NCBI RefSeq assembly: GCF_018350175.1
Contig: NC_058368.1
Coordinates: forward strand, 95,234,001-95,298,000
DNA: 64,000 nucleotides
Reading direction: 5' to 3'
From: Felis catus
Taxonomy: Eukaryota
Shown: one piece after another, positions 47,541 through 60,449 of the stretch
Layout of the letters: every line of letters starts with the position of its first letter
Position numbering within the stretch: position 1 is the stretch's first letter
Position numbers and translations under genes: made by a program
The notes under the pieces: generated by a model
What the model was told of the DNA's origin: nothing
The model's input: only the letters and a program-made list of their open reading frames with translations
Databases searched by the model: none

Positions 47541-48521
47541 TTCCGTGACATTATTCAGGGAGTTGTGCGCCAACACAGAAATTCTTTTGTTCTCGAGGCT
47601 CCCCTGCTACGTGAGACTCCCCGCCCTTTCCCCACCGGATCGATCTCTCGAGAGTCTCACGGGACCTGGTGCCAAAGTGTGGAGTACAGACGCCATGCTC
47701 CCTCCTGGGCCTGTTGGGGTCACACCGTGGGCCTCCGCTCCCTGCTGGCACCCCTTCCGATTCCTTGTCCCCTGGACCCCGAGGGAGCGGGCAGAGGTGG
47801 GAGCCTCCCAGCTCAAAGTGCTCAGCTCACCGTGTCTGCAGCTGTACCTTAGACCCTGTCAGTAGCTCCACGCCACAAGTTAAACTGGCCTATTTTTAAA
47901 TACCTCTCTAAAATGCCAGAGCAAGTTCCCAGCTCAGAAACCAGCAGGGGCTTAAAAGCTCATTTGCTGTGTGGAGATCTGAAGTGCACTCTCCATCAGA
48001 GCTATGACATCCACATCGGTTCGATTTCTGTCCTGGCCCCCAAATCCTTGACTTTTTAGTCCTCACGTCCATGTCATTTGCTACTCATCGTGATGTTATC
48101 TCAACTTCACGGCACTACTGTCTGTAGATTGCTTCAGTGGGAGAATGAGGCGCGTTGCAACGTAGGATTCTAGACTCGCTTTCTTGTTCTTTTCAGCAGC
48201 GGGGCTGGGGACCGATAACTTGGTCTTCCATGCGAGCGACAGTGGGTATCCTTTGACCGGCCCCTGCGGATAGGGATCCAAGGTGTGGGGCCCTGGCTGT
48301 GCTGGGGTGTTCAGCCTGGGCCCCCGTACCAAGCAGAACCAGCTGCAGACTGCTGTACTAGTAGCCGTGGGAATATTCGGGGAGGCGGGGTCTGGGGAAA
48401 AACAACCTAAAGCCAGGCAAAGAATGCACCCACAGGATCTGGCCAAACTTAATAAAATTCAATAACCAATCCTTCTGACCCAGTAGCCCCTGCAAAAGTC
48501 TAACTTCAGAAATTAAAGAAT

Positions 48522-48730
48522 GAGGAGCACCTGGGTGGCTTGGTCGGTTGAGCATTTGACTCTTGGTTTGGGCTCAGGTCATGATCCAGGATCACGGGAT
48601 CGAACCCTCTGTTGGGCTCCGCACTCAGTGTGGCAACTGCTTGGGAAACTCTCCCTCTACCCCTCTCTTCATTCGTGTTCTCTCTCTCTCTCTCAGAAAA
48701 TGCTACTACTAATGATAATAAAGTTAAAAG
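48522..48730 (+). mobile_element. Can-SINE
   Basis: Flanked by GAAATTAA repeat. Confidence 0.9.
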
Positions 48731-48884
48731 AAATTAAGGTATGTATATAAGGACATGTATCCTGACATACACACACATACGCACACAGTGGCATTGGTTT
48801 TTAGCAGTTAAGATCTAGAAAAAAGAGTCGTCAACAGGCAAATTATGGTACATGTTTAATATGGAATGTTATAAACCTGTTTAA

Positions 48885-49102
48885 ATTTTTTAATTTAATT
48901 TTTTTAAATGTTTATTTTTGAGAGAGAGAGACAGAGAGAGAGCAAGCAGGGGAGGGGCAAAGAGAGAAGGAGACACAGAATCCGAAGCAGGCTCTAGGAC
49001 CTGAGCTGTCAACCCAGAGCCCGACATGGGTCTCGAAACCGCAAACCTCGAAATCATGACCTGAGCCGAAGTCAGACGCTTGACTGAGCCACCCAGGTGC
49101 CT
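48885..49102 (-). mobile_element. Can-SINE
   Basis: Reverse element; GTT(T)AAA(A)TT TSD. Confidence 0.95.
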
Positions 49103-49118
49103 AGTTAAAATTCCAGTG

Positions 49119-49475
49119 TGGGGTGCCTGGGTGGCTCAATCAATTAAATGTCTTAAATAAAAAATATATATATTTATTTTCATAGAGAGAGTGAGCATGC
49201 ACCAGCAGGAGAGAGGCAGAGAGAGAGAGAGAAATCCCAAGCAGGTTCTTCGCTCAGCACTGAGCCTGATGCGGGACTCAGTCCCATGAACTGTGAGATC
49301 ATGACCTGAGCCGAGATCAAGAGTTGGATGCTCAACCTACTGAGCCACCCAGGCGCCCCAAGTGTCCAGCTCTTAATCTCAGCTCAGGTCATGATCTCCC
49401 AGTTGTGACATCGAGCCCCGTGTCGGGCTTTATGCTGGCCATGCAGCCTACACAAAAAAATAAAATAAAATAAAA
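49119..49475 (+). mobile_element. Short Can-SINE split by a nested SINE
   Basis: Head at 49119-49153 resumes at ~49340 (AAGTGTCCAGCTCTT). Confidence 0.88.
49154..49339 (-). mobile_element. Can-SINE nested antisense in another SINE
   Basis: TSD AA(A/G)TGTC. Confidence 0.9.
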
Positions 49476-49481
49476 TTCCAT

Positions 49482-49692
49482 GGGGTGCCTGGGTGGCTCA
49501 GTTGGTTGAGCATCCAACTTCGGCTCAGGTCATGGTCTCGCAGTTCGTGGGTTCGAGCCCTGCTTCGGGCTCTGTGACGACAGCTCCGAGCCTGGAGCCT
49601 GCTTCTGATTCTGTCTCCCTAGCTCTTTGCCCCTCCCCCACTTGCGCGCTGTGTCTCTCTCTCTCAAAAATAAATATTAAAAAATAAATAAA
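49482..49692 (+). mobile_element. Can-SINE
   Basis: TSD TAAAATTC. Confidence 0.95.
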
Positions 49693-50122
49693 ATTCTAGT
49701 TAGATTGGGGGGGGGATGCCCAAGAGTTTTGTTAAAAGGGAAAAGAAATCTGTGGGAATTAATATGTGTATTTTAAGTTGCATTTTGTAAAATGGCACCA
49801 ACCACGACCCAAAGCAAACAAAACAGAATGTGCCTGCTGTGCATGTGTGATGTAGAGTTGGTACGACAGCGGAAAACCAGGTGGGGTCAGCAGTGGTGGC
49901 CTCAGAAGAGAAGAGGCAGGGGGAGTATAGATTTTGTTTTCTTTGTTTCGGGAGTACATGTTGCTTTTACAAGCATAAAGATGGAAAGTTGGAACAGCAG
50001 GAGCCTCAGATCCACTCTGAAAGCAGAGGAAGTGGGACTGAAGTGGGGGATGGTAAGACCCTGATGAGGAACCACAGCTTCTCCGCTGCATATATTGCTG
50101 TGACAGAAAAATAATCTTGTTT

Positions 50123-50291
50123 GGGGGGCACCTCGGTGGATCGGTTGAGCGTTCGACTCCTGATTTCGGCTCAGGCCACGATCCCAGGGTAGTGGGATCA
50201 AGTCCCGTGTTGGGCTCTGCACTGGGTATGGAGGCTGCGTGAGATTCTCTCTCTCCCTCTGCTTCTGCCTCTCCCCCCCACCTCTCTCAAA
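50123..50291 (+). mobile_element. Can-SINE lacking a normal A tail
   Basis: Head and CT tract followed by a (CATCGT)n-like run. Confidence 0.85.
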
Positions 50292-50819
50292 CCATCGTCA
50301 TCGTCATTGTCTTCGTCGTCTTATTTTGTACCCATGGCTCCTCGTACCATATCTGGATCAGGTTTTGCCAGGGTGTTGGGTTCTGGGGAACAAAAGCCAC
50401 CTCCAACTTGTGTCCCCCTCTACCCCAACACACATGCGTGTGTGCACCACCAGCCCCCCCCCCCCCCCACAGACACACATACACCCTGGGTGGTGGGACA
50501 TTCAGAAGTCTGAGAGCTCTGGAGGATATTATTTTTATTTATGAGGCATTGGTAAGCCGGGCATGGGATCTTAAGGTAGGGATGAGTCCTTGGAAGGCAG
50601 AGTCCATTAAGCCTTTTGTGCCTTACCAGGGCACTCGCTCGTCTGGATGTTCTTTTGCATCCTTGTCCGTGATTTGGCAGAACGACCCAAGAAACCTGCA
50701 AATACGGACTGAATAATAGTTCTGGCAGATGATTTCTATCTCGTTGAACAAACATCTCACAGCTCCGTTGGAGTATCCGAGACACCTCCTCTTTGTGATA
50801 TTTCGATAACATAAAAATC

Positions 50820-51020
50820 CTCATCATCATGGCCGTCGTCATCACTGACGGGCACTGAGTGCTTTCTGTTCCAGGAACTCTGCTGACTGCTTCCTATCCA
50901 TGATCTCGTTTTGTCCGCGTGGCACCCCTGTGAGGTAGGTTCTATTCTTATCCCTATTTTACAGATAAGGAAACCGAGCCAGGATTCAAACACACGCCCG
51001 TCTGACTCCAAGCCCCCCCT
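50820..51020 (-). mobile_element. MIR
   Basis: CCCTGTGAGGTAGGTTCTATTCTTATCCCTATTTTACAGATAAGGAAACCGAG...GGATTCAAAC. Confidence 0.8.
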
Positions 51021-51329
51021 CTTCACACCCTTGGGAGTTTGGTCGGCAGCACGGATTTGGTGGGCTCACACCAACCCTCTGGAATCAGATACTAATGAGC
51101 ATAAAGGAACATATTGGTGGCCTGCCCCCGCCAATCAGTTCATTAGCCTGCGACAGGTCTGCCGAGTAAGAGCTGCTGAGGGTTTTCTGGCCGATGATGA
51201 GCTCAGTCATGAGTCAGCAGTGTGACGTACTATTAAAACCACCGTCTCGGGCTGCTGAGATAGAATTCCGGGCTCGCAACGTTACATTGCTCAACACCCA
51301 TCAGGAATAGTTTGCGCTGGGGACAGTGC

Positions 51330-51519
51330 ATTTTATTTTATTTGTTTCTCTATTTTTGGAGAGGTGGGGGAGGGGCAGAGGGCGAGGGAGACAGAGGACC
51401 TGAAGCGGGCTCTGGGATGACAGCAGCAGGCCAACGCTGGGGCTCGAACTCCCAAACCTGTGAGATCATGACCTGAGCCGAAGTCCGGCACGTGACCAGC
51501 TGAGCCACCCAGGCGCCCC
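51330..51519 (-). mobile_element. Can-SINE
   Basis: TSD CTGGG(G)ACAGT(G/A)CATTT. Confidence 0.93.
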
Positions 51520-51886
51520 TGGGACAGTACATTTTTAAAAATAAGAATGCACAAGCGAGAGTGTGTGGAGAGGAGCACAAGGAGGAGTTTTTAAGGTGCT
51601 TAGCAATTACTCTGGGCCAGGCGCTCTGAGAAGCACTTCACCTATGTTGTCTAAGTAATCTTAAGAGATAGCTTCTCAGAGTCTCACAGAAGAGAAAATG
51701 AGGATAGAATGCTCAAGAATGTTGCCCCAGGTCACACGTCTGACACCAGAGCCTAGGACACTGTCTCTGGCCAGGCCCCAGGTGATTGTGGCCTATAATC
51801 AGCAGTAAAGGAAGTTCAGGGTGAGTCCACAGAAGACTGGACTTGGGTGAAAAACCCAAGAATCATCTTCTGGTCTCTGGACAAAT

Positions 51887-51921
<35 letters not shown>

Positions 51922-52011
51922 AAGGGCACGTTTTGTATGGGCCACATAGTTGTTGCTTTTGTGACTTGTTTTCTTTTTAAGGAGTATTTTACATCATGAT
52001 CCTTGTTTCCT

Positions 52012-52225
52012 ATTTTATTTTATTTTTTAAAATTTTAATGTTTGTTTATTTTTGATAGAGACAGCACGCAAGCTGGGGAGGGGCTGAGGAGGCACAGAAT
52101 CCGAGGCCGGCTCCAGGCTCTGAGCTGTCAGCACAGAGCCCAACACGGGGCTCGAACTCACAGAGTGTGAGATTGTGACCTGAGCTGAAGTCAGACGCTT
52201 AACCGACTGAGCATGCAGGCGCCCC
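52012..52225 (-). mobile_element. Can-SINE
   Basis: TSD TCCTTGTTTCCTA. Confidence 0.95.
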
Positions 52226-52333
52226 TCCTTGTTTCCTACTTTAAAAATTGCAGGTAACCTGAGACTTGCGTGTTTAGCTTCGGAAGCTGGGCAGTGTAGA
52301 GCATTGCCTCCAATTACAAGGCACGTAGGCTTT

Positions 52334-52549
52334 GGGTGCCTGGCGGGTTCAGCTGGTCGAGCGTAGGACTCTTGATTTCAGCTCAGGTCATGATCTCACG
52401 GATCATGGGTTCGAGCCCCACGTTGGGCTCTGTGCCGACAGTGCCGAGCCTGTTGGGATTCTCTCTCTCTCTTCTCCTCCTCCCTTTGCCCCTCCACTGT
52501 TTGCTCTTTCTCTCTCTCTCAAGAAAATAAATAAACTTTAAAAAAAAAA
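52334..52549 (+). mobile_element. Can-SINE
   Basis: TSD AGGCA(CG)TAGGCTT. Confidence 0.95.
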
Positions 52550-53479
52550 GGCATAGGCTTGCCAGTTTGTGACAGTGACCACACTGCCTTATGGAATCCC
52601 CTGCCTACTCGATTCACTTAAGTTATCCACCTGGCTCCGGGGGAGAAGGAAGGAACTTGCGTCTTCTGACCCGCTCGGAAGATCACTAAGCACTTTCTAC
52701 CACACAGAGCTAGCTGTGCGTTTAAACCAAGAACCTCATGAGGCAGGGAGCTTCTCATTTGTAGAAGTAATCAAGCGGGGTTTGAATCTGGCGGAGATTG
52801 TGTATAAGGTGGAGGCAGGAGGACCCGACCTCTGCAAGTCCATTGTTCTGGCTCTCACTGAACGGGCCCTTAAGGTCTGTCCTGAAGTTCATCTGCCAGC
52901 CACATTTTCTTGCATGGCAGTTTTCTGTTAGGAGAAGGAGACCCATCACATGGAAAGAAAATTGGCGCTCTGTTTGCGTGTTCCCCACCAAACGGGTATT
53001 ATTTTAATGATAAAATATAAGCTAGGAGGCGCAGACGACTGTAGCCACACTTTAGTCAGGACTTTCTCTGCCTACGAGTAGCTGGATATTGTTTTCTGCC
53101 CGTTAATTTGCTTCTCAGCTACTGCGAGATTCTCGAGGGTGAACATTTACGCAGCGTTTGAATTCCCAGAGAAAAAGGGGCTTCTTGAACAGATCCAATG
53201 CTGGTGTTTTTTGAAGGGCTTAGAGGGAAGGCTTATTAGATAAGCACACTGAGTAAGAAAGACTAATTATAAGGCCAATTGATGGGTCTTCGTGTTTATA
53301 AAACTTTAATGAGTAAATGATGTGACGATGGTTTGGAAATAGTCACATGTAATATTTTTTAGTTCCTGTAACTGAATTTAAAATGTAAAGCCCATGGTTA
53401 GAGTTGCGTGTCTGGGTGTATGACAATGTGTGGACAATATGTCTATAATAGAAATAATACTTGTCATTTTTTAAAGCTT

Positions 53480-53704
53480 TTAAATTTTTATTTAACAAAT
53501 TTTTATAAATGTTTATTTTTGAGAGAGATTGAGACAGCGCAAGTGGGGAAGGAGCAGAGAGAAAGGGAGACGTAGAATCCGAAGCAGGCTCCAGGCTCCG
53601 AGCCGTCAGCACAGAGCCCGACATGGGGCTCGAACTCATGAACCGTGAGATCATGACCTGAGCCAAAGTTGGATGCTTAACCGACTGAGCCACGCAGGTG
53701 CCCC
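53480..53704 (-). mobile_element. Can-SINE
   Basis: TSD AAAGCTTTT. Confidence 0.95.
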
Positions 53705-53709
53705 TAAAA

Positions 53710-53911
53710 GCTTTTTAAAATAAAGTTGATTTATTTATTTCCACAGAGAAAGAGAAGGGGCAGAGAGAGAGGGAGAGAGAGAATCCCAAGCAGGCTCTGC
53801 ACTGTCAGTGAGTAGCCCAACACAGGGCTCGATCCTACAAACCGTGAGATCACGACATGAGCCAAAACCAAGAGTCGGGCGCTTAACCGACTGAGCCATG
53901 CAGCCGCCCCC
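53710..53911 (-). mobile_element. Can-SINE
   Basis: Adjacent reverse element. Confidence 0.93.
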
Positions 53912-54689
53912 ATCTTTTAATTTTTTGTTATTCGTTTCAAAACCCCATCCCACCATTAGATTTAATTTGCATAGCAATTTTGTGTGATATTTTGTCAGTT
54001 GACATATGTGACAATACAGTGTGGTGTCTTGTGATAGGCTGATTTGGGTTCACAGAACGCCCCCACTCAGTAGGACAGTGATTCTTTGATACAAACGAGA
54101 TGGCTTCTTCATTTCCCTCCCCTACAGCTTCTAGCTGAATATTTTGAAGCCTGGGAAACTTCGTTGAACTAAATATATGAGATGATCATTAAAACCTTAA
54201 TTGCTTCCAGACTGTGCTACCAGCTCATGTAGAATGCCAGAAGTGTGTGTAAGTTGAGCTGGGGGTGGAGGGTACGTGAGGAAGGCAGGGCACCTGTAAG
54301 AACAACGTGAGGACATTGATCAATGACAGGTCACATTTGGCCTCAGCGTTGGGGACGGCAAATGTGACAGATCCGTCTGTGTGGTATTTGGTCACTTGGC
54401 ACTCAGTGTGCTTCTCCATACCCTTCTCTACATTTCTGGATTGCAGGGAGGGTTTTGTAGGTGGTTCAGGCTCTGCCCTTTGCATGCACTTGTGTGAGGT
54501 TTGGAAGGTGGGATCGAGGGCATCTTCCTCTTCCTGTTTGACTTGGCACATGAGGTTGCTGTTTGGAGGGAGCCCGCCATGACGGGCCTCCACCTTCTGA
54601 TCTTTGGATCGCTGATAGAACGTTGCGTTCTTAAAGAGCTGGGGAATCAAGGTTTTAATGTAGAATAAATCGATTTGTAAAGGAGACAT

Positions 54690-55890
54690 TTTCTACTTAT
54701 TTTAAATTCACTTACAAGTTACAAAGACAGGGGCGCCTGGGTGGCTTAGTCAGTTAAGCGTCGGACTTCGGCCGAGGTCATGATCTTGAGGTTCGTGAGT
54801 TCAAGCCCCCTTTTGGGTTGTGCACTGACAGTGTGGAGCCTGCTTGGGATTCTCTCTCTGCCCCTCCGCTGCTCGAGCACTCTCTCTCTCTCTCAGAATA
54901 AATAAGTAAACTTTAAAAAAAAGTTACAAAGAGGATAACAAAAAAGTTCCCATATATTTCATACCCTATTGTCTCTAATTACTAATATATCTATGGCACA
55001 TTTATTAGAATATTGAAATAAGATTGGTACATTATTATTAGCATTCATGCTTTATTTATATTTCCTTGGTTTTGACCTTATATCCTTTTTCTGACCCATG
55101 ATCCCATTTAAGATACCGCATTATATTTAGTCTTCATGTTGCCTCTTGGCTGTGACAGTTTCTCACGCTCTCCTTGTTTTTGATGACATGGACAGTTTTG
55201 AGGAGACTGGCAGAAGGCCTCTCAAATAGGGCTCATGTGATGTTTTCCCCATGATTCGACTGGGGTTATAGAGTTTGGAGGGGAGGAAGACCACACAGGT
55301 CAAGTGCCGTTCTCATCACATCGTATCAAGGGTACCTACTACCAACGTGACTCAGCACTGTCACTGAGGGTATTAAATTAACCTTGATCACCTGGCTGAG
55401 ATGGTGCTTGTCAGGTTTCTTCACTGAAAAGTTACTCTTTTTATCCCCTTGGCATACTGTACTCTTTGGAATGAAGTCATTCTACACAACCGACATTGAA
55501 GGACTGGGAAGTTAGCTTCCCCTGCTTAAGGGTGAAGCATCTACATAATTTATGTGGAATTCTTTTGCCTGGGAGATTTGTCCCTTCTCCCTGTTTATTA
55601 CTTTGTTCCTTTATTTATATCAGTAGGGAGTCAAGGTATTCAGTTTGTATTTTGAGCTATAATTCAATACTGTGTGATTTTGTTACTCAAATCATTCCAA
55701 CTTTGGCCATTGGGAGCCTTTTCAGTTAGTTCCTGTGTCCTTTTGTTTTGCCCCCAGCCCCCATCATCCAGGTGTTTTTGTTGTTGTTGTTGTTGTTTGT
55801 TTTTGTTTTTTAGCACTTCCTTGTTTACTACAAGAGACTCCAAGCTGAGCTTATATATTTCCTGTCCCAGGCCAAGAATCAGCCATTGAT
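54690..55890 (-). mobile_element. L1 (L1MC-like) 3'UTR, antisense
   Basis: CTCTTGGCTGTGACAGTTTCTCA...GGAAGACCACACAGGTCAAGTGCC...CTTGATCACCTGGCTGAGATGGTG...GAATCAGCCATT. Confidence 0.8.
54729..54921 (+). mobile_element. Can-SINE nested in L1
   Basis: TSD AAGTTACAAAGA. Confidence 0.95.
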
Positions 55891-56005
55891 CAATTGATTT
55901 TTAAATATGGCGTCCAAAAAAAAATTTTTTTTTTAAGAAGTAATGGGCAGAACAGATAAAACAGATCTGTGGGTTAGATCAGAGCTGAATTGTTGAGGTT
56001 GTGTG

Positions 56006-56206
56006 TTTTTTTTTTTAATGTTTTATTTATTTTTGAGAGAGAACGTGCATGAGTGGGGGAAAGGCAGAGAAAGCGGGCCAGAGGATCTGAAGCAGACTCT
56101 GCACTGACAGCGGCGAGCCCAATGTGGGGCTCGAACCCATGAAACCTTGAGATCATGACCTGAGCTGAAGTCGGACGCTCTACTGACTGAGTCACCAAGT
56201 TGCCCC
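56006..56206 (-). mobile_element. Can-SINE
   Basis: Reverse element. Confidence 0.93.
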
Positions 56207-56693
56207 AGAGCAGAATCATTTTTACTGCCAGATACTCTTTCCAGATCCTTCCATGCTCTCTCCCTCCACCTCTAAACCCAAATCAGTTCTCATTCTCTTT
56301 ATTCACACTAAAGTAGAGATGACTGTCCGTGACGCTTATTTGAAAGGTGGTCCGTCCACTCAATCACTTGGAAGGTGCGGTAGTAGATTCCAGAGAAATC
56401 TAGCGATCACACCCTCCGTCCTCCGGAAAAGGAAAGTCCACTTGTAAAGAGAGGGCATTATCAATAAAGCAAGAGCTGACCCCGCAGTAGAGCCAGAATG
56501 GAGTAAGTGCAGCGGGTGGGCAACATACATCGGTGAAGTCCAGACAGCATGAGATAAAAGCTCCCTGTGGGCCTCTTAGAGGGACTGGCCGCCATGGTGG
56601 AGAATGAGAGCGCCAGCCATAGATGGTTGTTGCCCTACTAAAATGAGGGCTTGGTGTTGGGCAGAATCTTCTGATTTTGGACAGAAAGTCCAA

Positions 56694-56738
56694 AATGAAT
56701 GAATGAATGAATGAATGAATGAATGAATGAATGAATGA
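56694..56738. repeat. (AATG)n microsatellite
   Basis: Seen directly. Confidence 0.95.
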
Positions 56739-58502
56739 AAACATGTGAGATGCAAACATCTTTGGGACCATGATTTCGAGACCTCCATGGGAGAGGATAC
56801 TGCTGATGCACCTGCAGTAGAATTTCAGGCATCGGGCAGTTGTGGAGGACCCAGCATCCTGATGAGGGGCCCCGCATCAGACTGTACGGGCAGCTGTCAC
56901 TCACCCGTAGCACAGGCCAACTCTGGCCCTGTCTTAGTCTACTGTCAGAACCACCGTGGGAAAGCTGGCCCCTTCATACTCAGACAACTTGAGTGAAGTT
57001 GAGTGCCCACTTGCTCTGTTTCCCCTCCCCTCCCTTCCCCTCTCCGTATTTGCTGAAAGCATGTTTCACCATCACAGTCTGGCTGAGGTGCTGTGGGACT
57101 CAGGGTTGCAGTCCTAAAACCATGATTCCTTAGAAGAGGAATTTGAGAACAGATGAGTGGCCCGTTGAGTGAGCAGAGCCTTGGGGCACAGAACCAAATT
57201 CTCCCCCTGCTGATCCAGAGCCTGGGAGCCGGCACCTTCCCGCCCCCCACCCCGGACCTGGGTTCTAGGGGGGGCCCTCAGCCACCCATCCCTCCCTCCT
57301 TCCCGAGGTTGAGCCATACCTGTGAAAGTCTCCTCTTGGCACAAGGAAAGCCATGTTGGGAGGCTCAGCCCCCGGCCGGTTGTTCGTCCCAAAGATGCTT
57401 GCATCTCACATGTCCCTCCGCCTCTCTTACCGATGCTCCCAAAGCCGAAAGAACATCCAGGCTGGAGGGGATCCCCCCGAAACCACCTGCTCTGCCGTCT
57501 CAGGATTAACGGGATCCAGTGATGCAGCAAAAATGCCATGACAGAACCTTATGCTTCCAATCCTCTCCGTGTCATTTAGCCAAAGAAACCGTAAACAAAA
57601 ACGAAGAAGGAGGAAACAGCTGGTGGTATAATCCTGCTCTGTTCTTCAGAAGAAAGCCAAGGGGAGAGGGAGTCCTCATTTTCACATCTTAGAGGACTCT
57701 ATTGACGGAAACTTCTGGCGGGGGGGGGGGGGGGGGCGGAGCGCATACGTGTGTGCAGCTGTGACTCCATCCCAGCTGGGATTCCGCCCGGGCCCCTGCC
57801 TCTTAAAGATGGTCCTTTGTGACCTCGAGAGGGCTTTACTTCAAACAACTCAATTTCAGGGATTTCAGAGCTCTCCATCAACCGGGCCATGAGGAACACA
57901 TTCGATTTCCCCTGCTTCCAGGGAAGAGAAGCCAAGGCATCGAGTAAACACGGGCCGTCTGGCGTGGTCGGGGACCCCAAGCACAGAGGCAGCGTCTGGC
58001 ATTTGAGTTAAACCCACTGGCAAACGGTCCTCGCCATTTCTTGGCAAATTTCAGATTTTGCCCTTGAAGGGACGGTTGTCGTTGCACCTTTGTTCAAAGA
58101 CCTGGAATCAGGCGCTCCAGACGCGCCCTCAGTGATGCCCGGGTTTGTGGAAAGTGACGGCCGTGGGAAGAGTCAGGGATTGTTAATGGCCAAGGCAGAC
58201 GAGGAGTTGTTCACTTTGCTTTTGAACTCTAGCCCTAGCCGCCTTCTGGGGATTGTGTGCCCCCTCCCGAGAAAACAAACAGGCCAGGCTTTCGAACCCA
58301 GATGCTGGCTGCAGCCTCCTCTGAGGAAGTTTGTGTGTCCTGATGGCACCTTCGCTTGCTTTTTTGTGTTTTAAAAATCACCTCTGGCTTCCATTCAGAA
58401 CTGGAAGCCTCTGGAATGGTGAACAACACTGGAGGGTTGGAGGCTGAATCCGGGGTAAAATTACTACAGCGTAAAAGCCCTTTTAAGAAAGTCTCAGTTT
58501 CT

Positions 58503-58742
58503 GGGGTGCCTGGGTGGCCCCGTCGGTAAAGCATCCAACTCTTGGCTTCTGCTCAGGGCACGATCCCAGGATCGTGGGATCGAGCCTCGTGTCGGGCTCT
58601 GTACTGACAGTGTGAAGACTTCTTGGGATTCTCTCCCTCTCTTTCTGTCCCTCTCTCTAAGTCTCTCTGCCTGTCCCTCCACTTGTTCATGCACACTCTC
58701 TTTGAAAATACACATTAAAATTAAAAAAAAAATTGTTAAAAG
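58503..58742 (+). mobile_element. Can-SINE
   Basis: TSD AGAAAGTCTCA. Confidence 0.93.
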
Positions 58743-58926
58743 AGAAAGTCTCAATTTCTAAAAGTCCAGTTCTCGAGTTTTGGACTTACAAATGTGTACT
58801 AAACAGTGGCTGAGTCATGACACGGGAAGTTAGTGGCCAGCTTGTCCCAGTAAATGTTATCTAGGTCCTTCTTTGAGGTGGGAAATAAAAAAATCAGAAG
58901 TCATAATTCTTCACCACCATTTCAGT

Positions 58927-59140
58927 TATTATTATTATTTTCTACTGTTTACTTATTTTTGAGAGGGAGAGAGAGTACGAGGTAGGAAGGGGCAGAAAGA
59001 GGGAGACACAGAATCTGAAATGGGCTCCAGGCTCTGAGGTGTCAGCCCAGAGCCCGACGCGGGGCTTGAACTCACGGACCGCGAGATCGTGACCTGAGCT
59101 GAAGTCGGACGCTCAACCGACTGAGCCACCCAGGCGCCCC
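58927..59140 (-). mobile_element. Can-SINE
   Basis: Reverse element. Confidence 0.95.
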
Positions 59141-59209
59141 CCGTAAAATCATTTGGCCATCTGAACACCAGGCCTTTCGTGGCTTGATACCAAGTACATT
59201 ATTGAGGTT

Positions 59210-59440
59210 AATGAAAGTGAGCATTTATTGAATGGTTACTGTGTGCCAGGCCCTGCACTGAATTAGCACTTTACCGAAATTATTGAATCTAATCATCACA
59301 ATCCTATGAAGAATTATGGCTATCCTTATTTTTCAGATGGATAAACCAAAGGATGAAAAGGTTAAGTACCGTGCCTGAGGGGGTACACCATCTGAGTGGC
59401 AGGGCTGGGACTGGAACCCAGGGATCTGAGCCAAAGTCTC
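59210..59440 (-). mobile_element. MIR
   Basis: GCATTTATTGAATGGTTACTGTGTGCCAGGC...TTTTCAGATGGATAAACC...GGGACTGGAACCCAGG. Confidence 0.8.
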
Positions 59441-60215
59441 AGGCATGGACCTTTTAGCACATTAAGGAGTGTGGACTCCCCTGTGGGTCTCTTTTACTCC
59501 ATACTGCACCTTTGCATGGGCTCCGGCTCTCCTCCGTCTCTGCAGAGTTTTAGGTTTCTTGTTTGGGAACACCCAGAGGCTGGCCGCCTCGATTCTGAGC
59601 ACGTTCTCTAAGAGTGATAACACCCAAATTATCACACAGCCGGAGCACAAACTTGGCTGTGCACTTCCTGTGCTTTCTACGCTTTTGGGAGTCAGGAGAC
59701 TCCCCCAGTCCACGGAGTTCACGGACCTGAACACACAGCAGACCAAGAAAGCCCAGAGCAAATTAATGAAGGATCTCTTCTATCAATCTGTGTGGATATT
59801 GGAAAAGTACTTAGGGACCCTGTTCTCTCAAATGAGGAGTGAGGCTAGGTGCTAAAACCAAGCCCAGGTCCCATAAAATCCCCAAGTGTAACTTTTTCCA
59901 TTAGTATTCTCGCTGATTTAGAATGGTTATTACCCCGCCTCACTTCACTCCCAGCTCTCAGCAATTTATTTTCCCTTTAAAGATTTTCCTTTTCACCCTC
60001 TCCTTTTGTAAATGCACACGCTGTCTCCACATGGGCTTTTCACAACCAATGGAGGAGAATTGTGTCTCTGAACTTGCGTTGTTGCTGTTTCAAACTACGA
60101 CTCTGGAAGTCTCATGCTCCCATCTTAGGTTTCTAGCACATTCCTTAGATTCTTTCTGAGTCAGAACTGTGGCCAGGTGCCTGGATTGAGAAGAATACTA
60201 AGAAGGGTGCTTACT

Positions 60216-60414
60216 GGGGGGCGCCTGGGTGGCTCAATCGGTTAAGCATCCAACTTTGGCTCAGGTCATGACCTCGCGGTCTGTGAGTTCGAGCGCCGTG
60301 TCAGGCTCTGTGCTGACAGCTCAGAGCCCGGAGCCTGCTTCGGAATCTGTGTCTCCCTCTGTCTCTTTCTCTCTCAAAAATAAATAGACATTAAAAAAAA
60401 TTAACAGAAAAAAA
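60216..60414 (+). mobile_element. Can-SINE
   Basis: TSD AAGAAGGGT. Confidence 0.95.
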
Positions 60415-60449
60415 GAAGGGTTTTCACTGGAAAGCTAAGATTTCGGGCC

